Source of the DNA: Octopus bimaculoides
Taxonomy: Eukaryota
Length of the DNA stretch: 55,444 nt
Direction: 5' to 3'
Assembly (NCBI RefSeq): GCF_001194135.2
Contig: NC_068993.1
Location: 11,683,191-11,738,634 of the forward strand
Made by a program: the position numbers and the translations under genes. How positions within the stretch are numbered: position 1 is the stretch's first letter; each line of letters opens with the position of its first letter. This document shows positions 51,611-55,444 of this stretch, in pieces. Below the pieces are notes generated by a model that saw nothing but the letters and a program-made list of their open reading frames with translations, was not told the DNA's origin and made no database searches.

Positions 51611-53728
51611 GTACTATAGCACAGACAGAAGAAACTCACAATTTGACACGAGGAGGGAATAAACGCATCAAATATGATACAAGAAATCGTGTAGAAAAAT
51701 TTATGCAAGAAAATGTGTATTTCCATTGCATTGCCAAATTTTTAAATTACAACAACAATACTATTCGAAAGAACACCCACACTCTCTTGCTCACACATAC
51801 AAACACATAAATATATTGTTTGAATTTAAGTATTGAAAAAATACACAGACAATATATAATTATTTTATAAACGATATTATTATATACATTTTCCATTTGA
51901 GATAATAATTGAAGTTTCAAAGATGTTGAAATATATATATATATATATAATAAGTATATTTACCAATCTAAATTTTATGCGGATATTTTCCCATGAGAAA
52001 GTATTTTAAAAGTTATATAACATGACAAATTTCAGAATTTGAATTTAAAACTGTTTCTAGTGGAAAAAAAAAAAATTCAAATTCTTTGCTTAAATTGCAA
52101 TATTATATATTTCTCAAATTCAACTATAACATTTTCTATTTGGAATCATTTAGAATAATGGTCAATCGTATTTACGTAAAATGAAAACAATTTCCAAATA
52201 CAAAATTATATAATTGTTCCTCTTAGTGCTAATATTTTCTTTCAGTAGTTGGAACACTGGAACATATCGAAGAACCATATTTCAGGAGAACAATCAATAT
52301 ACTTGCTATACAATTTGTAGACGTGATTGGCATAAGATCTTTTATTTTTGGAAGGTGTGCAGAACGTGTAATAAAGAGTTATTAAAAGGTGGGGGTGGAA
52401 ATAATGCTATTATGTATACCTTCACATTACGTCGGAATTATGCTTGTGTTTCTTCGTTTTGGCATAGTGTAGTAGGGTTGACGAATAGAGTGGAAGGATT
52501 GCTATATAACTGAAGGAGCCCTTGTAACATCTGTTCTTGGTCTTGAGTTTCTAACACTAATGCGTGAGTCAAGTGTTGCCACAATGCCTTTGTCATTCGG
52601 TCTTTGCTATTCCTTTGTAATGAACATTTGAAGGGGGAAACATGCTTGATAGCACAAATATTGATTATCTCACATTTATGTGAGTTCGACAAAGATAAGA
52701 CTTATTTACTGTGCTTCAGTTATTGAGAATTAATCTTTCAATTCTTGGCCCTCAGTCTTTGCGGAGATCAAAATAAATTCATTCAGAAATATTTGAAGAA
52801 GAGAATTTCAATGTTCGGACGCAGACTTCTTGAATGAAATAAAGCAAAATTAATTCTTGTTTATAAATAGATGATGAAAAAGAGCTTGCAGGGAGAACAT
52901 CGGAAAATACAACAAAACAAACAAAGAGAAAGAGGTGTTTGAGTTAAGAAAATATTTCTCAGTTATCCATTGAGAAAAGAATATTGAGTTTTTAACCCAT
53001 GACACGTCTACTTAAGCAAGGGATGCATAACAAGTGGTGGTGAGATAGACGTGATATTGAAATCAAGATACAATTCAGTTTTACATGCATCATATCACAC
53101 CAGCGTTACACGTTACCACATAGATTTATATCAGTTTTATAGTAGTTACAATGAACTGGGTCATATGGAAGGTTATAGTAGATACCTTAACGAAGAAATA
53201 TCATAAGTTACATGCTTAGGGTATGTATATGCACACACAAACACACATAGTCGTGCGCGCGCATGTATATATATANNNNNNNNNNNNNNNNNNNNNNNNN
53301 NNNNNNNNNNNNNNNNNNNNNNNNNNNNNNNNNNNNNNNNNNNNNNNNNNNNNNNNNNNNNNNNNNNNNNNNNNNNNNNNNNNNNNNNNNNNNNNNNNNN
53401 NNNNNNNNNNNNNNNNNNNNNNNNNNNNNNNNNNNNNNNNNNNNNNNNNNNNNNNNNNNNNNNNNNNNNNNNNNNNNNNNNNNNNNNNNNNNNNNNNNNN
53501 NNNNNNNNNNNNNNNNNNNNNNNNNNNNNNNNNNNNNNNNNNNNNNNNNNNNNNNNNNNNNNNNNNNNNNNNNNNNNNNNNNNNNNNNNNNNNNNNNNNN
53601 NNNNNNNNNNNNNNNNNNNNNNNNNNNNNNNNNNNNNNNNNNNNNNNNNNNNNNNNNNNNNNNNNNNNNNNNNNNNNNNNNNNNNNNNNNNNNNNNNNNN
53701 NNNNNNNNNNNNNNNNNNNNNNNNNNNN

Positions 53729-53768
<40 letters not shown>

Positions 53769-54244
53769 TGTATGTCTGTGTGTGTATGTGTGTGTGTGTA
53801 TACAGAGAGAGAGAGTGACGTACGCGTCACACTCACGACTCAGACATCGAAAGTAGAGTTGAATATTAGATACTCCATAATTTAGTGTAAGCGTGTAGCG
53901 AAGAGATCTACATCAATACTCGCATGTATAGCAACAGGAATAAGCATTCGCATGTGTTTCTAAGCTTTTCTCTCCATTTTCTTTACGCCCGGAAAGGATA
54001 AAAAATGGATTGCAAAAATATATAGATACTAATGTGTGATAATACTATATATTCATGTTCGTCTGTGTCTCTTTTAGTATTTCATTAGTATTACCGCTGA
54101 TAACATCTATACATAAGGGATTGTGTGCAATTTGTGAGATATGTCACGAACAGTTGTGTGAAAATGGGTTAAGGAAATACAAATAAATTAATATATCACG
54201 AAATGTTTTGAGGTTACACTTACATTTATATTGCTTACAAAGAT

Positions 54245-54304
<60 letters not shown>

Positions 54305-54411
54305 ATGATGATGATGATGATGATAATGCTGATAATGATAACAACAACAACAACAACAACAACAGCAACAACATCAACAATAATAATAATAATGATAATA
54401 ATAATAATAAT
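54245..54411. repeat. Compound microsatellite (GTA)n(GAT)n(AAC)n(AAT)n
   Basis: Direct inspection. Confidence 0.95.
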
Positions 54412-55146
54412 GGAGCCCACCGTCCGAAAGTTGCTATCAGCCGGCTGCACATGAAGAGAGACTAGGGTGGGAGAAGCTTAATAGCAGTAGACGAATGTGT
54501 TCAGATGGAAAGAAAAAAAAATCTAGTAGAATATTTACAGAGCAGCACATAAAAAAATTTCTATAGACAGTTAATAAAGAACAGGCGATGAAGTGCAATA
54601 ATGAAATAGTAAGAGAACATGTCAGACAGATCGAGGAGAAACCTCTGCATGGCCAGTTTTGGAGAACCACTGCGGATGTATGTGGAACAAATTTCTGAGC
54701 TTCGTTGGAAAAAGGGCAATTAAAAAAAGAAACAAAGAGCGATAAAATTGACAAATAAAGAAACGTATAAAGCGGTAAAAATAAACAACTTGAGAAAATA
54801 TATATGGAGAGAATGTTTCAGAAAAATGTAGAGCCTGTGGAAATTGGAAAGCGACAGTGGCACACTTTGTGGAAGAATGCCCCAAGTTGGCATTAGAAGT
54901 TGGCATTAGAAGAGAATAAGAAATGGAGCCACGATCAAGTTGTAAATGTTATAGATTGGAAATGGTACCAAACCATCCTCAGTAGGAAAGAGCCCGGCTT
55001 CGGAAAATAAAGAAGATGAAGATATGGCCAATTATTGGTGGGTCCTTGGGAACAGTATCAAAAGACATCAAGGGGAATATGAAGGAAATTCGAAAAGAGT
55101 GCCCATTGAGACAACGAGAATGATCAGGAAAGTATTAAATAGCTGA
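54412..55146 (+). mobile_element. 5'-truncated R4/Dong-clade (RLE-type) LINE, decayed and internally deleted
   Basis: Motifs in order: GAHRPKVAISRLHMKRD*GGRSLIAVDECVQME, EEKPLHGQFWR (54633), KGQLKKET, the CCHC knuckle KCRACGNWKATVAHFVEECPKLA, HDQV, PIIGGSLGTVSK and TTRMIRKVLNS* (stop 55144-46). Confidence 0.88.
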
Positions 55147-55376
55147 AAACAATGGATGGCACGGCACTGTAGACTGCAGATAGCAAGCGTTCTACGCGTG
55201 TAAGACACCAGGAGCTCCAACAAAACCTGTCATAAAGAGAAATGATAATACTAGCTACTGTAATGAGAAGACCGCTTTGCCATGAGGCTAGCAATAGAAC
55301 GCCAAAGAAAGTTAGTTAAACGTTTCTTCTTCCACTTTTCTTTTTTTCTTGTTTATCTTCTCCAAATATGTATGTG

Positions 55377-55412
<36 letters not shown>

Positions 55413-55444
55413 TGCATGTATGTATATATATATATACATATATA

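Noticed and set aside
52246-52354. Possible plus-strand exon (VGTLEHIEEPYFRRTINILAIQFVDVIGIRSFIFG)
   Set aside because: Weak donor (GTGTGC), no recognisable family and no linked exons.
9900-53885. Long ORFs containing X runs or homopolymeric I/Y/L/S/E/HT tracts
   Set aside because: Artefacts of N gaps and translated microsatellites.

Overview
AT-rich, microsatellite-dense animal genomic DNA with 11 N-gaps, almost all flanked by (AT)n-type repeats. The SINE families and repeat landscape point to an octopus short-read assembly (inference). I recognise no host protein-coding gene. The ORF track is dominated by translated microsatellites, gaps and decayed transposons, so the window is probably intergenic or intronic. 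It holds about 15 tRNA-headed SINE copies in several families and decayed transposons: a Penelope-like element (0.8-1.96 kb), an RTE LINE (16.1-17.0 kb), two R4/Dong LINE fragments (22.4 and 54.4 kb), a Tc3-like remnant (9.2 kb) and an Hsmar1-like mariner 3' half with its TIR (44.35-44.95 kb). The most unusual object is a ~290-bp minus-strand element at 30.67-30.97 kb. It joins a Pol III tRNA-like head to a minimal Penelope-type hammerhead ribozyme and a 9-bp tandem tail. A ~600-bp fold-back at 51.0-51.6 kb and a triple head-to-tail SINE array at 33.5-34.1 kb also merit follow-up. All assignments were made by eye, and coordinates of decayed elements are approximate.
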